From Corythoichthys intestinalis (taxonomy: Eukaryota): a DNA stretch of 64,000 bases. The notes beneath the pieces are model-generated. The model ran no database searches. It saw only the letters and a program-made list of their open reading frames with translations, and was not told the origin of the DNA. The stretch spans positions 15,785,094 to 15,849,093 of the forward strand of contig NC_080406.1 in the NCBI RefSeq assembly GCF_030265065.1, given 5' to 3'. Below are positions 24,291 through 37,244 of this stretch, in pieces (positions within the stretch are counted from its first letter, which is position 1; each line of letters opens with the position of its first letter). The position numbers were made by a program, and so were the translations under genes.

Positions 24291-25717
24291 CGGCATTAGA
24301 ACGCCACATGCATTTTGTGTGTGTTTATCGCAGTGAAAAATGCTCTGCCTGGCCAGGCCCCCTACGGGAAGCCTTGGCGCAATGTCTGTAGGAGCTGTCT
24401 CGTCATCTGATAGTAAGTCTATGATGCCTCTAAAAGTGGCATAATTTTAATGGCAGATATCACATTAAATAGAAGAGGGGATGGTCGGTAAGAGAAATAA
24501 ACCAACAACCTCCAAAAGCTTCTCTGTTATATCCTTGATGGCAGCTACCCAAACACTTCAGAACAGAAGTGCTATCATTGTCGCGCGCTGCCCTGCAGCT
24601 AACACCAAAACCAAATACAATCTGAATGCTAGCGGGCCATACTTTTGACACCCTTGTTGTGAAGTATTCAAATCTTCAATGTGAGTGAGGAGTGTGTGTG
24701 CGTTAGGCAGTGGCGTGTTCATTTGCGAATCGTAGCTATGGAATATCATACAATGGCTGCATTTGTAAGCGATGTCATTTACCTTGGTTGAAACATTTTC
24801 CTTTTTCAGAGGTCTAAGAAAGGCACAATTGGCATACTTAAAAGCTTTTGTAATCTTATTTCACATGAAGGTCATTTTTACTGGTGTTGTCTATTGCTTT
24901 AAAATAAATTTATGCTGTGTGGATACCCTAGCCTTCAGCCTGCTTCCTTGCATTTTGTTTCACCCGATTTTTGCCTCCATTCCACAATACTGGACCCACT
25001 TCCATTAGTGTAACATCATTTTTTCCCCCATAAACTATTCAGTTTTCTCTCATGATAATACAACTTTATTATCTTAAAACTAAGGTCTCCATTTTGATAG
25101 GTAACAGACCTCCACCGCAGTGAAAATATAAATGTGTCCAGATTTTAATTGCAAGGCAAGGCTCACTGTGTGTTTTTCCAATTTGGCAGACCAATATCCA
25201 TCAAGCTGGGCGCTCTGGTAAAATGAGGGTGTGTCCTTGGAGATGTGCCTAGTGGAGTGACAATTGGGCAGTAGAAAATCAGTCTCAACCTTAAATTTGC
25301 TCAGTCCACATCCAAATACTGTCTAATGTGATTTGGGTCAATGTGTTTGGACACACGCTGACCATAGATTGATGTCACCTTGACACCCGCAGCAACATGA
25401 ACACCTCTTTTTTTGGCTTTTGCTCATCTATGGATTCCTCAAAATTGGCCGACATGCTGATTTATACAGGTAAAAAACTAAGAGCCCTGAGACTTTACAC
25501 ACAATATCATCCTTCTTTCATTTTTTAGTAAAGTTACTACAACCTCATGTAGCATAATATGCATGTGTAGAAAAGGAAAAGGCATTAACAGTCCATGACA
25601 AATTATGTTTTGTATATTTCACCGCTCACCCTCTAAAATAACACAAATGTTGTAGATATTAGACAAACATAACCCAATGATATGCAAAAAAACATCTTTT
25701 AAATGTAAGAAAAAGTA

Positions 25718-27183
25718 CCATATTTTTCGGACTTTCAGTCACACTTGAGTATAGGTCGCACCAGCCATAAAATGCCCAACGAAGAGGAAAAAATCATATA
25801 TAAGTTGCACTGGAGTATAAGTCGCATTTTGGGGGAAATTTACTTGATAAAACCCAACACATAGAACAGATATGTGATCTTGAAAGGCAATTTAAAATGA
25901 AAATAGAATAGAGAACAACATGCTGAATAAATGCACAGTATGATAATGTTACATGATGCATGAACAACGAAATGCGAACGTGGCTGGTATGTTAACGTAA
26001 CATAGCTGTCACATAGCCCATTCACTCCCAGCCATTTTCACCGGTGCAACCCCCTTCGCTCCCGGCCATTTTACTAGATTTTGACTGACTTTTCAAGGCC
26101 CACAGAAAATTCGGTTCTATTGCTATATAAACATGGAACCCACCAAAAGAAAGATTAGACTCTTCTTTCAGGAAAAAAAAGTAAATTCATATCTTTTTCC
26201 ATTCTTTAGAAATCAGCATTAGAAAATAGCTTAGTTTGAGCAAATTTTCCAATTTCTGATGAAAAAAAAGAAAAATTGAGCTTTTTGTGCCATCATACAT
26301 TTCAAACATAATTTTGACTTTAACACAGCTATTTTTTGCATCCCAAGCATCTGAATAATGATTCCTTTTACAAAATAACATAAACAACAAGACAAATAGA
26401 GCTTTTGATAGCAAAGTAACAATTTATTTACACATAACTAACTGAGTGATGACGCTGTTGTGGTCGCGACAGCCAGGTAAACTTTTCCCTCATTGCCGCC
26501 TGTCTCATAAAGATGGACTTTTTAGAGTTTCTGCGGGGTCTGCTCGGCGAGCAGCACGGACTCAACGGCATTGTCCGCTGCACTGGTGGCTCCGGTCGTT
26601 CTGCTCGGTCGTCCAGTGCCTGGCACCCCGCGCGTCCTCTAGGTTGTTCTGCTCGGTCGTCCGCCGCTTGGCACCTGGACACCATTCGGTCGTCTTCCGC
26701 TGGCGCCCCGGCCGTGCGGCCTGGCATTGAATCGGGTTACGGGTCCTTCCAAATGCGCTTTTGCCCTCCAGTGGCCAGTTTTATTGCTTTAAAATGGATT
26801 TCCAGCTTTGTGCTTTGGAGCTAAATTGAATCAGAACCCAGAGATGTCTCTTGTTAAAAAAAAAAAAATGTAATGTGAAAATGTAAAAAGATGTATAAAT
26901 ACGTCTTTGGGACATTGAAACAATTCAAAATAGAATGTATTTATACGTATTTGGGAGCAAATGAGTTAAGAGCCATTCAGATAACTATAGCAAAAAGAAC
27001 ATGCTAACAAGTTTACCAAACCATCAGTGTCACTCCAAAACACCAAAATAACATGTGAAATGATATAATCATGTGTCAATACTTTCACACATAAGTCGCT
27101 CCAGAGTATAAGTCGCACCCCCAGTCAAACGATGAAAAAAACTGCGACTTATAGTCCAAAAAATACGGTAATTGTCCCACTTG
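25718..27183. mobile_element. TIR-bounded element related to the MITE at 39850, with repeat R3 inside
   Basis: GTACCATATTTTTCGGACTTTCAGTC…TATAAGTCGCA at the left end and TGCGACTTATAGTCCAAAAAATACGGTAA at the right. Confidence 0.4.
26020..26960. repeat. Dispersed repeat R3 (second copy at 54780-55740)
   Basis: About 90% identity over ~900 bp. It contains internal ~40-bp GC-rich direct repeats (GTTCTGCTCGGTCGTCC..GC.TGGCAC). Confidence 0.55.
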
Positions 27184-28074
27184 ATGAATATCAACATTAA
27201 CTGTACAGTACTGTACTGTAATTCCAGTCCATCACACAGTGGCAGAAACACTTTCACTATTTCAATGTAATTCTATCATTTTGTTATCATTTGATGCCCT
27301 GACTGCCTCTATAACTTTCCATTTTTCACTCCATGTTTTGTCCTATGAAATTTCAACTGTGTTACTTTGCAACTGTAATCTGCCCAGAGCCGTCAGACTC
27401 CTGAGAGCTGGTGCTTCCCTCTTATACACCAGGTTTCCTCTTTAACCACAAGTTACATTTCAGAATCGGCACACTGGCGAGTCCTGTAGATCCGCTCAAA
27501 GGCGGAAATGACATTGACATCATGCCCTACGACTGATTGAGGCATGCTAAATAGTCTTTGACTGGTTGACTAAACATTAATTCCTGTGGAGAATATTGCT
27601 GCACTCGAAAATCATTGCATTTAGTCCATTCACACTTTTAAAGTAAAATTGCACAATGGGAGGATGGGTTGGTGAACACAGTTGCTAGCTGGCTTTAACC
27701 ACAAAAGGATATGTTATCTACCCAACAAATTGCAATAGTTAAATTTGGTCTAGAAATATTTAGTGTCCCCGGTAAGTACTGGCATCCATCTCGTTATGTT
27801 TTAGCCTCCTAAGACACGTTTTCAGCTCATCATTGTGGCGTCATCGTCATGAAAAAAATTGTTCTTTGACTGAATATTTTCATTATCGTCATCGTTAATG
27901 AAAATAACACTGTTTGTCTGTTTCCTAAAAAATTCATGTTTGTGCTCTATTGTTGTGTAAAGATTTGGACTTAAATGAAAAAATCTGAATGAATATTTTT
28001 GGACATGAACTTTTTGGAAGGTGTGTGTCGCATTACAGCTGGTGAAAATGTAACACAACATTATAGAAAAAGAA

Positions 28075-28440
28075 CACAGTACCAACAGTCAGACATGGTG
28101 GTGGTAATGTAATATGACAGCCTAAGGATGCTTTGCTGCTTCAGGACCTGGTTGACTCACTGTGATTGACAGAACCATGACTTCTGCATTTTATCAGAAA
28201 TTACTGAAGGAAAAAGTTCAACCATCAGTCTGTGACCTGAAAAAGAAGCACATTAAGGTAACAAAACTCAACGTGTCAAAGTCTGAATGGCATTTAAAAA
28301 TAATTAAGGTTTTCAAATTGCCTTGTCAAAGTCTGGAGATGCATTGGAGTCAAATGCTGTACTTTAAAGGCTATTCATGCTTGAAAGCTGTCCAGTGTTG
28401 CTGAATTAAACAATTCTGAAAGTAAGCGTAAGCCAAAATA
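28075..28440 (+). mobile_element. Degenerate Tc1-like transposase fragment
   Basis: The translation reads TVRHGGGNV…AFYQKLLKEKVQPSVCDLKKK…SKSEWHLK…SLEMHWSQML, which is a decayed match to the Tc1 catalytic region. Confidence 0.5.
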
Positions 28441-28749
28441 TCTAACAGAGATATCAAGACTCATCACCTACCAACTTAAAGGGTATGAAAACACTAAGGG
28501 GCTGTGAGATATCAATAGAACCGTTATGTAGCAAGATAACAAATATTAATAAAGTTAACAAAAAAATAAATCGCATTCATGAGCAATTATCGAAAATAGA
28601 TCGAAAATTACGAACATTTCCGAAAGTATTCCGGAAACAGCCGAATGGGGCGGAGACGTCATAACAAGGAAACAAAAGGTCGCGGCAGCTACCATCGTTG
28701 TTTATCGACGAGAGAGTTGCGTTCATGTTTTATCAAAAAAACGCTAAAA

Positions 28750-29101
28750 TGGTTCAAACCTGTCATGCTATGTGGTTTACAAATAGCTATTTGTCGCAAT
28801 GTAGTACCCATGAGTTCCCGAGCGTGAGAAAAAGAGCTGGACTACGCAGACAATGAGTAAATTTTTCAGACCCAGCCTCGGGCGCGGTTTTGTGTGGTGC
28901 GCATTTTACACCTGAAAGCTATACGAACTATGGACAAATGAAATCAGGTTTTGCTAAGAAATTGCTGCTGAAAGCAGATGCGGTGCCCACCTATACGCGC
29001 AGCCACCTAAATGTCCCGAGATAACAAGAAAGAGGACGATGACTGGCTCTGATGAGACCACCCCACCACCCCAGGCAAAGCAAAGGAGGGAAATGGCCAG
29101 A
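28750..29101 (+). pseudogene. THAP zinc-finger domain remnant in two exons
   Basis: Exon 1 reads MLCGLQIAICRNVVPMSSR and ends at …CCGAGC|GTGAGA. The putative intron is 47 bp and ends TTTTTCAG. Exon 2 reads PSLGRGFVWCAFY(T) PESYTNYGQMKSGFAKKLLLKADAVPTY, with a 1-bp frameshift and then a stop. It ends at AG|GTGAGT near 29101. Confidence 0.45.
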
Positions 29102-29823
29102 GTGAGTACTCTTTTATAATAAAAAACAAATCACGCATTGGATATAGGACTGGACATATGTATAAATTATCGCTCGTAAAATATATAGAACAAATCCTCT
29201 AATCCCATTCATATTTGTGTCGGTTGGCAGAGCGAAAACCGATGATAGCACATTAAATGATAATTATTCTATACATTACTTTATTTTGCGGTCACGGTGT
29301 ATCAGCTTCACAAAAAGAAATGCAAAACAAACCATTTGGTGTTTCTGTTGCCGCCGGTGTTTCGGCAGTGTGATTGCTCCCCTCAATGATCCTTTCATTA
29401 GGCTGCATTGGCTTTCGTTTGGGCTCAAATTGATAACCCAAAACACCAAAGAAAGGTTCATAACTGTCCTCGTCACCATTAGAAGAATGTTCGTTACGTC
29501 GGATTCGTCGCTGCAACTAGAAACAAATTTGTCCGCCATTATCGCCGCCATTCAGTACTAAGCACTGAGCCGGTTGTTTCCTTATAGTGACGTCATGCAC
29601 ACAATATGCTAGATTTCCGGCATGTCGGGGGCAGGTCGTTTTACCTTGACAATCGACCTAATTTCTATCATTTTCTTGGTGTTGCGATGTGTGTGTAATT
29701 ACACGAAGTGGCATGATATGAATTCAAAAGGCATGCGTTGATGGATAAATGATGGAATATTAGCATTTCCCCAGGTGTTGTCATACCCTTTAAGTGGCTA
29801 TGAGGACACTAATAATAATAATA

Positions 29824-32513
29824 AGAAAAATAGGTAACACTTTATAATAATAACTATCCGTTTAACCATTAGTAAACTGTTGATAAATGATTTATTGTTG
29901 ATTTGTGAAGTTACCAAAATAGGTAACACTTTATAATAACTATCCGTTTTACCATTAGTGAACTGTTGATAAATGATTTATTGTTGATTTGCGAAGCATT
30001 TGTTAACAGTTTGTTAAGCATTTACAGGGTGTTCTTAACCTGAAACACAGTTTGTGTAGAAACGTTTCAAGTTTTTGTGTGTAACGTTTGGCATTTCTAT
30101 CTTTTCAGGTTAAGAAATGCCGTTCACTTCAAAAGAAAAGGCATTTTGATAAGGCATTTTGCAGGCAGCGCTCATGTTGCACATTTATGAAAATCTGCCA
30201 TAGAACCAACAAATAATTGTACTTTTCTTTGTATATTTAACCAATAAAACTTATGACCTTCAACATAAAGTGTATATAGTTTTATTAAGATCCATCAACT
30301 TATGGAGTTACAGGAGTGCCAAAATTAAAAATAAATAAATAAATGAATAAATAAATAAATGAATGAATAAATAAATAAATAAATATAAAGAGAAATAAAT
30401 ATATAAATGAATGAATAGGTAAATAAATGAACGAATAAATAAATATAAAGAGAAATAAATATATAATTAAATAAAAATATAACGGTATACTTTGTCATTG
30501 ACATTTACTTTTGATCATTAACAACCACAAACGGAAAAAACAATGACAATTTTATTTTTTGCCTTTGCCTTTTCTGTTTGGCTTTTACATTGTCATTGTC
30601 ATTTGTCAATCGCCTTTCCTCTTTGGGAATGTAAATGGCAAATGCGCAGAGAAACGGTCTGTCAATCAAATGACGTTGGTAGGGGCTTTCCAACCAGGAA
30701 TAGTAGTCGATAACTGATTATTTCTAGTTTAACTTTCCGCACATGCGCCGTACGGCTAACCAAGCGCGACCACGGCTGTTTTGTGTGACTGCACTACGCC
30801 ACTTCCTCCAATCGGTCTTTGTCAGTCACGTGCCCAAACTAGCGGACGCGCCCCCATGCGCCATTTTGAGTGTACCACGGATGTAAACAAACCAGAACAG
30901 AAGTAGCTCCAACGCCACATTACTGCCTCCAACTTCATCGCTGGATATAAAAAACTCCCTCTTTTACAGTATCAGCGCTTAAATTTTAAAAACTATAAAT
31001 CTCTCGAAGCTCACGGACATTTAACAAATGGCTCGGTGCAGGATCTCCGCATTTCGACCGCAGGACTGCGACAACACAGTCGTCACTCTCGTTGCTCCTC
31101 TCAGAAACATGATCCAGCTCTTACTTGAACATTGTTGAACTTGAATTGTACCTTGATTATCATCTTAAACATCGCATGACTAAAACAGGTGAAGGAACTG
31201 TCAAAATTACATGCAAATTCATGTATATTGCACAATATATTGTTTCAGTGTTGACATTGCCATGCAAAGATGTGCAATTCTCTCCATGCAGGACTTATCA
31301 TGTGAAGTGGGACAAATTTACTTGAACACGTTATTCTACAACTAGTAATATTTATTTTACTTCATATGCACGTTTTATATTTCCTTGTATTGCCATTTTC
31401 TGTTTACCATTGTGCGGCTGCTGTTTTGAATGAGAATTTTAGTAAAAATTATATATCTAAAAAAGTAAAACTGTCAAACTTCTCGTTTTGTTTGCAAACA
31501 TCATACTTCCTATTCAGTGTTTATCTCCCAAAAAATGTTTGAATGTAATTGGTAAAAAAAAATTTTTTTTAAAAAGTACTTTCCATGATCAAAACTAACA
31601 CTAGTTCTTTATGTATGTTCGTCATGATTATAAACACGAAGATTCAGACATAGAAAATAATTATTCTTTGAATGGTCTGGCATGTGTGTCGAATAATATA
31701 TTTTATAATATATTTTTTTACCGGTCTAGAAAAATGTATTTCTATCGTTTAATCTATCACGTAAAAAGTCTATCCATATCCATATCTATCCAGTCTATCC
31801 TATCCATAAAAACCGCACGTGCAACTCGATAACCGACATCACTTTCCTTCAGGTAAACTAGGAATAATCCGTTGTCGACTACTATTCCTGGTTGGAAAGC
31901 CCCGCCTAACGTCATTTGATTGACAGACCGTTTCTCTGCGCATTTGCCATTTACATTCCCGAAGAGGAAAGGCGATCGACAAATGACAATGACAATGTAA
32001 AAGCCAAACAGAAAAGGCAAAGGCAAAAAATACAATTGTCATTGTTTTTTCCATTTGTGGTGTTCAATGACAGAAAGTAAAAGTCAATGAAAAATGTTGT
32101 CATTGTTTTTTCCGTTTGTGGTTGTTAATGACCAAAAGTTAATGTCAATGACAAAGTATAACGTTATATTTTTATTTATTTATTTATTTATATATTTATT
32201 TCCCTTTATATTTATTTATTCGTTCATTTATTTACCTATTCATTTATTTATTTATATATTTATTTCTCTTTATATTTATTTATTTATTCATTCATTTATC
32301 GATTTATTCATTTATTTATTTGTGACTCCATACAACTAGCATGGGCATTTAGAATGGGGTCAATCATATTGGAATACCCTGTAAATGCTTAACAAACTGT
32401 TAACAAATACTTCACAAATCAACAATAAATCATTTATCAACAGTTTACTAATGATCTATTAACTAGTAAAGCGGATAGTTATTATAAAGTGTTACCGAAA
32501 AATAACAATTATA
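29824..32513. mobile_element. Foldback-like element with ~700-900-bp inverted arms
   Basis: 29824-30720 is the reverse complement of 31850-32513. The match includes a tandemly duplicated ~85-bp subterminal unit and an (AAATAAATG)n-like tract. About 1.1 kb of central sequence is unique. Confidence 0.55.
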
Positions 32514-33293
32514 TTGCTGTATTTTTCAATATTGCCTTATGTCTTGGGATAGTAAGAAAACATGGTTCCTACTATGAAACATGGATGAGGCTCGGCTTCT
32601 GAGGCTGCTTTACTGCACCTGGCACAGTGTTCAAGACATTCTGGAGAGAAATTCAATTCAATTTTATTTGTATAGCCCTCAATCACAACAGAGGTCTCAA
32701 AGGACTTTACAGAGGCAATATGATACACAATTAGAAATGAAGCAACAAAGATGAATAGATACAGTTCAAGTCCTGGGTATCCCCTATCCTTAAGACCCTC
32801 CATGCCGGCAAGGAAAAACTCCAAAAACTCCAGAGTCAATTGGGAGAAAAATGAGAAACCTTGGGGAGTACCACAGTCAGGAGAGATCCACTCCCAGGAC
32901 GGATAGACAGGAACCCCAGAACGGCTAATGGAAATTAGCAAGCGAAATTATAGTCCGTAAAAATACAGTGGAGTAAAGGAGCAAGAAGAGGTCCCTCTAG
33001 TCAGATGAGACGGGGGTAGCAGCGAGGACGTCTATCCAGCCAGGGGTCCGGACAGTCAGGAGGCTGCAGCTGAAAAATAGCCCCTCCCCAGAGGGGAGGG
33101 GGGAAAGGGGACATCGGGTGACTAGTGATGAAGAGACTAGACAACTAGATATTAACATTGGAAAATAGAAATAAAGTAAGACAAGTGGTAGGTAGAGTAA
33201 GAAAAGGAGATAGAACTCAGCGGCTGTACTGCCCCCCAGCATTATAGCTTCTAGTGCAACTTAAACTGTGAGTCTATTCCGACTTCAACTAGC

Positions 33294-36200
33294 CTAACTA
33301 TAAGCTTTGTCGAATAGGAACGTTTTTAATCTAATCTTAAATGTGCAAACTGTCTCGGCTTCTTTAATACTAGCTGGAAGCTGATTCCATAAAACAGGGG
33401 CTTGGTGGCTAAAGGCTCTAGCTCCGACAGTACTTTTATGAACCCTGGGAACTACCAGTAGACCTGCATTCTGAGATCGGAGTGTTCTGTTGGGGCGGTA
33501 TGGAACCAGAGCATCGGTGAGATAAGATGGCCCCAACCCATTAATGGTCTTAAATGTAAGAAGGAGTATTTTAAATTTAATTCTAAACTCGACTGGAAGC
33601 CAGTGAAGTGCCTGGAGCACAGGGGTGATGTGCTCTCTTCTATTGGTTCCTGTTAAAAGTCTTGCTGCTGCGTTTTGGACTAGCTGAAGACCTTTTAGAG
33701 AGCTTTTAGGACAAGCTGCAAGTAGGGAGTTACAGTAATCCAATCTCGATGTAACGAACGCGTGAATTAATTTTTCTGCATCGCTTTTAGATAAAATGTT
33801 TCTAATTTTGGCGATGTTGCGCAGGTGAAAGAAAGCCGTTCTACAGGTTTGTTTAATGTGTGCTTTAAACGATAAGTCAGGGTCAAATAAAATTCCTAGG
33901 TTTTTAACTGTGGCGCTGGAGGCTACACTTACATTGTCCAGAGTGACTATCTGGGCAGATAAAGAGTCTCTAACACTTTTCGAGCCTATTATAAGGACTT
34001 CTGTCTTTTCAGGGTTAAGTAGAAGATAGTTAGTGCTCATCCAGGTATTTATATCTCGGACGCAGGCGCTTAGTTTTTCTACTTGCCTGACCTGCTCAGG
34101 TTTAATTGATAAATACAGTTGTGTGTCGTCAGCGTAACAATGAAAGTTAATGCTATGTTTTCTGATGATGTTACCTAGAGGAAGCATATACAGCGTAAAC
34201 AAGATGGGCCCGAGGACAGATCCTTGCGGCACACCATAACTAACTCTAGAGTACGATGATGATTGCTGGTTTACATTGACAAACTGGTACCTATTAGATA
34301 AATATGATTTAAACCAGCAGAGGGCTGCTCCTCTAATGCCTATGTCACATTCTAATCTCTGCAATAAGATATTATGGTCGATTGTGTCAAAGGCTGCGCT
34401 CAGGTCCAGCAGAACCAGGATCGAGACTAATCCAACGTCAGCGGCAAGTAACAAGTCATTAGTTACTTTAACTAATGCGGTTTCAGTGCTATGATGAGCT
34501 CGAAAGCCAGACTGGAACTGTTCAAATAAACTATTGTCCTGTAGGTGCTGACAGAGCTGTTTAATTACCACTCTTTCAAGGACTTTGGAGAGAAATGGTA
34601 AGTTAGAAATAGGTCTATAATTGGCCAGAATATCAGGATCAAGAGTAGGTTTTTTCAAGAGCGGTTTAATAACTGCATATTTAAAGGACTGCGGCACGTA
34701 GCCAGTAACTAATGAGGTATTTATTATATTTAAGATAGTGTCAAGGAGGCACGTTGATGGTTTGGAGGACATTATAATTGAAGTTACATCAATTTGGTCT
34801 ACAGTGGTAAAGTTATTTAATATTTTAGAGGGGTTTATAGGAGATTCCGAATTCTTTGTCTGCACTTTATCAGACCTAATAATTGGAAGTGATTCATTTA
34901 TTTTATTTCTAATAGTTGCGATTTTATTGTTAAAAAATTTTAGGAAGTCATCACAGCTAAGGGTGGTTGGGATATAAGGTTCTATTGAGGTGTGACTGTT
35001 TGTCAGCCTTGCTACAGTGCTGAACAGAAACCTAGGATTATTTTTGTTTTCCTCTATTAAGGATGAGTAATATCTGGTTTTAGCCGTGCGCAAGGCCTGC
35101 TTATATGTCACTAAGCTGTGTTTCCAAGCAGAGAGGGTGTGCTCTGTGTTGGAACGGCGCCAAAGTCTTTCTAATTTACGTGTCGATTGTTTAAGAGAGC
35201 GTGTTTCAGCATTATACCAGGGAGATGCTCGTCTCGGCTTGACAAACTTTAATTTGGAGGGAGCGACGACATCTAGGGTGGTACGAAACGTAAACAGAAC
35301 ACGATCAACAAACTCGTCATTAACAGCAAGGCCGGACATCACTCCTTCATAATTAGATGACATGGAGGCAAATATAGGCTGAATTATCTGTTTATACTCT
35401 GAAACAGAGTGATCACCTAATGTCCTTTTCATCTGAGTTCTAATCACTGGTGGTGGATTATCTTGAAGCACAAACCGAAAGGTAATTAGAAAATGATCAG
35501 ACAGTACAGGGTTGTGGGGATGGACACTAAGATCACTAATCTCAGTACCGTAGGTTAAAATCAAGTCCAGGGTGTGCTTGTGACTATGAGTTGGTTTATT
35601 TACATTTTGAATGAAGCCAGTCCCATCTAGTAGGTCATTAAAGGCCTTACCAAGGGAGTCACCTTCATCGTCAACATGTATATTAAAATCCCCTACAATT
35701 ATAATTCTATCCCAGCTTAGCAAAATACTAGATAAAAAGTCAGAGAAATCTAACAAAAACTGTGAGTAGGGACCAGGGGGACGGTAAACCACTATGAACA
35801 GAACTGGTTTTTGGTTCTTCCAGTTAGCGTCTATAATTGATAGTGCTAGACTTTCAAAGGAGTTATAAATGTAATTAGCTTTACTTTTTGGGCTCATACC
35901 TAAACAAGAGTGTGATATTACTGCCACCCCCCCTCCACGGCCCGTGCTTCTAGCTGTGTGAAAATTCACGTGACTTGGGGGTGTGGATTCATTAAGTCTA
36001 ACAAAGTCATCCTGCTGAAGCCAAGTTTCAGTCAGGGCCAAAATATGAATATTGTAATCCCCAATTAAGTCATTAACTAACAGAGATTTGGGCGAGATTG
36101 ACCTGATGTTTAATAATCCGCATCTTATATATTTATTAAGAGCTAATTTATTTTCACTGCTATTAGGGGCTATATGTATTAAATTCTTTGGTCTCGTTCC

Positions 36201-36362
36201 TATAGTACTCGGTTTTCCCCTGTTCACTATACGAGGCACGGACACGGTCTCTATCTTCTGTCCTGAATTTTGGATTTGTGACAGCTCGGAAAGAGGCGAG
36301 TGGTCACTACTAACAGTGTTATGTTTTACACTACAACACTGCGCCCGGGCCCCCACTCTCAA
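33294..36362 (-). CDS. L2 ORF2: apurinic endonuclease plus reverse transcriptase (1022 aa)
   Basis: APE motifs [24 protein letters not shown] motifs [48 protein letters not shown]. The C-terminal block reads [13 protein letters not shown]…LHWLPV. Confidence 0.9.
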   Translation of the reverse strand: MRVGARAQCCSVKHNTVSSDHSPLSELSQIQNSGQKIETVSVPRIVNRGKPSTIGTRPKNLIHIAPNSSENKLALNKYIRCGLLNIRSISPKSLLVNDLIGDYNIHILALTETWLQQDDFVRLNESTPPSHVNFHTARSTGRGGGVAVISHSCLGMSPKSKANYIYNSFESLALSIIDANWKNQKPVLFIVVYRPPGPYSQFLLDFSDFLSSILLSWDRIIIVGDFNIHVDDEGDSLGKAFNDLLDGTGFIQNVNKPTHSHKHTLDLILTYGTEISDLSVHPHNPVLSDHFLITFRFVLQDNPPPVIRTQMKRTLGDHSVSEYKQIIQPIFASMSSNYEGVMSGLAVNDEFVDRVLFTFRTTLDVVAPSKLKFVKPRRASPWYNAETRSLKQSTRKLERLWRRSNTEHTLSAWKHSLVTYKQALRTAKTRYYSSLIEENKNNPRFLFSTVARLTNSHTSIEPYIPTTLSCDDFLKFFNNKIATIRNKINESLPIIRSDKVQTKNSESPINPSKILNNFTTVDQIDVTSIIMSSKPSTCLLDTILNIINTSLVTGYVPQSFKYAVIKPLLKKPTLDPDILANYRPISNLPFLSKVLERVVIKQLCQHLQDNSLFEQFQSGFRAHHSTETALVKVTNDLLLAADVGLVSILVLLDLSAAFDTIDHNILLQRLECDIGIRGAALCWFKSYLSNRYQFVNVNQQSSSYSRVSYGVPQGSVLGPILFTLYMLPLGNIIRKHSINFHCYADDTQLYLSIKPEQVRQVEKLSACVRDINTWMSTNYLLLNPEKTEVLIIGSKSVRDSLSAQIVTLDNVSVASSATVKNLGILFDPDLSFKAHIKQTCRTAFFHLRNIAKIRNILSKSDAEKLIHAFVTSRLDYCNSLLAACPKSSLKGLQLVQNAAARLLTGTNRREHITPVLQALHWLPVEFRIKFKILLLTFKTINGLGPSYLTDALVPYRPNRTLRSQNAGLLVVPRVHKSTVGARAFSHQAPVLWNQLPASIKEAETVCTFKIRLKTFLFDKAYS

Positions 36363-36365
36363 GTG

Positions 36366-37244
36366 TCACTTTGGGAGACTTAGTTTGGCGGCCAAATTTC
36401 GAGTTAAGAGAGCAGCACCGTCCCAAGTCGGATGAATGCCGTCTCGGCGCATGAGCCCGGGCTTGCCCCAAAACGCGTGCCAGTTATCAACAAAGACTAT
36501 ATCGTTTTCTGGGCACCATCTAGACAACCAGCGGTTAAATGATGAGAATCTAGAGTACATCTCATCATTGACCAAATTAGGCAGAGGACCAGAGAAAACT
36601 ACGGTGTCCGCCATCGACTTAGCAAGTTCACACACCGAGGCTACGTTTAATTTAAGCACCTCAGACTGTCTCCGCCGGGCGTCGTTACCGCCTGCGTGAA
36701 TCACGATACGGCGGAACCTCTTCCTACTCTGCTTTAAGAGTCTGAGGTTTCCTTCGATGTCACCGACTCTGGCCCCTGGGTAGCACCTGACAGACACCGC
36801 CGGGTGCTTCACGTCTCTAACTATGGAGCTTCCAATTACGAGAGTGTCTGGTTCAGCCGGTGTGTCGCTGAGGGGGGCAAACCTATTGCTGACGTGAAGC
36901 TGCTGGTGCACTAAGGTTGTGCGTTTACCACTGCGCTTCCCCCGTACAGTCACAAATCCCTCCTTAATTTCCCCCGGCTGCACGGGGCTCGCTGGGGGGC
37001 TAACTGCGCTAGCAATCCTACTACTGCAAGCACGACCTGCCACTACCTGGCTATAGCTAGGACTAGCTTTCGTCTCTAGAGTGCAGAGCCGTGCTTCTAG
37101 CTCAGAAACCCTGGTCTCCAACCCTGAGACTAAGCTACACTTCCTACAGCTACTACTGTCCTCGACGAAGGAGCCAGGGTGCTCGCTATACATACAGCAC
37201 ACTGAGCAGAAAAGACGGGAGGACGAAGGCAGAGGGCTAGCCAT
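36366..37244 (-). CDS. L2 ORF1: Cys-rich N-terminus plus SGNH-type esterase domain (292 aa)
   Basis: Motifs LVIGSSIVRDV (nucleophile block), IHAGGNDA (GxND block) and RDGIHPTWDG (DxxH block). It ends in a TGA that is in the same frame as ORF2. Confidence 0.85.
   Translation of the reverse strand: MASPLPSSSRLFCSVCCMYSEHPGSFVEDSSSCRKCSLVSGLETRVSELEARLCTLETKASPSYSQVVAGRACSSRIASAVSPPASPVQPGEIKEGFVTVRGKRSGKRTTLVHQQLHVSNRFAPLSDTPAEPDTLVIGSSIVRDVKHPAVSVRCYPGARVGDIEGNLRLLKQSRKRFRRIVIHAGGNDARRRQSEVLKLNVASVCELAKSMADTVVFSGPLPNLVNDEMYSRFSSFNRWLSRWCPENDIVFVDNWHAFWGKPGLMRRDGIHPTWDGAALLTRNLAAKLSLPK

Noticed and set aside
26428-26824. Overlapping 94-103-aa ORFs on both strands in repeat R3 (and 55295-55578).
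   Set aside because: They are driven by GC-rich ~40-bp internal direct repeats and have no start context or domain.
34276-35352. Plus-strand ORFs of 72-88 aa inside the L2 element.
   Set aside because: They lie antisense to the long ORF2 and have no domain signature. This is the usual background in a long open reading frame.
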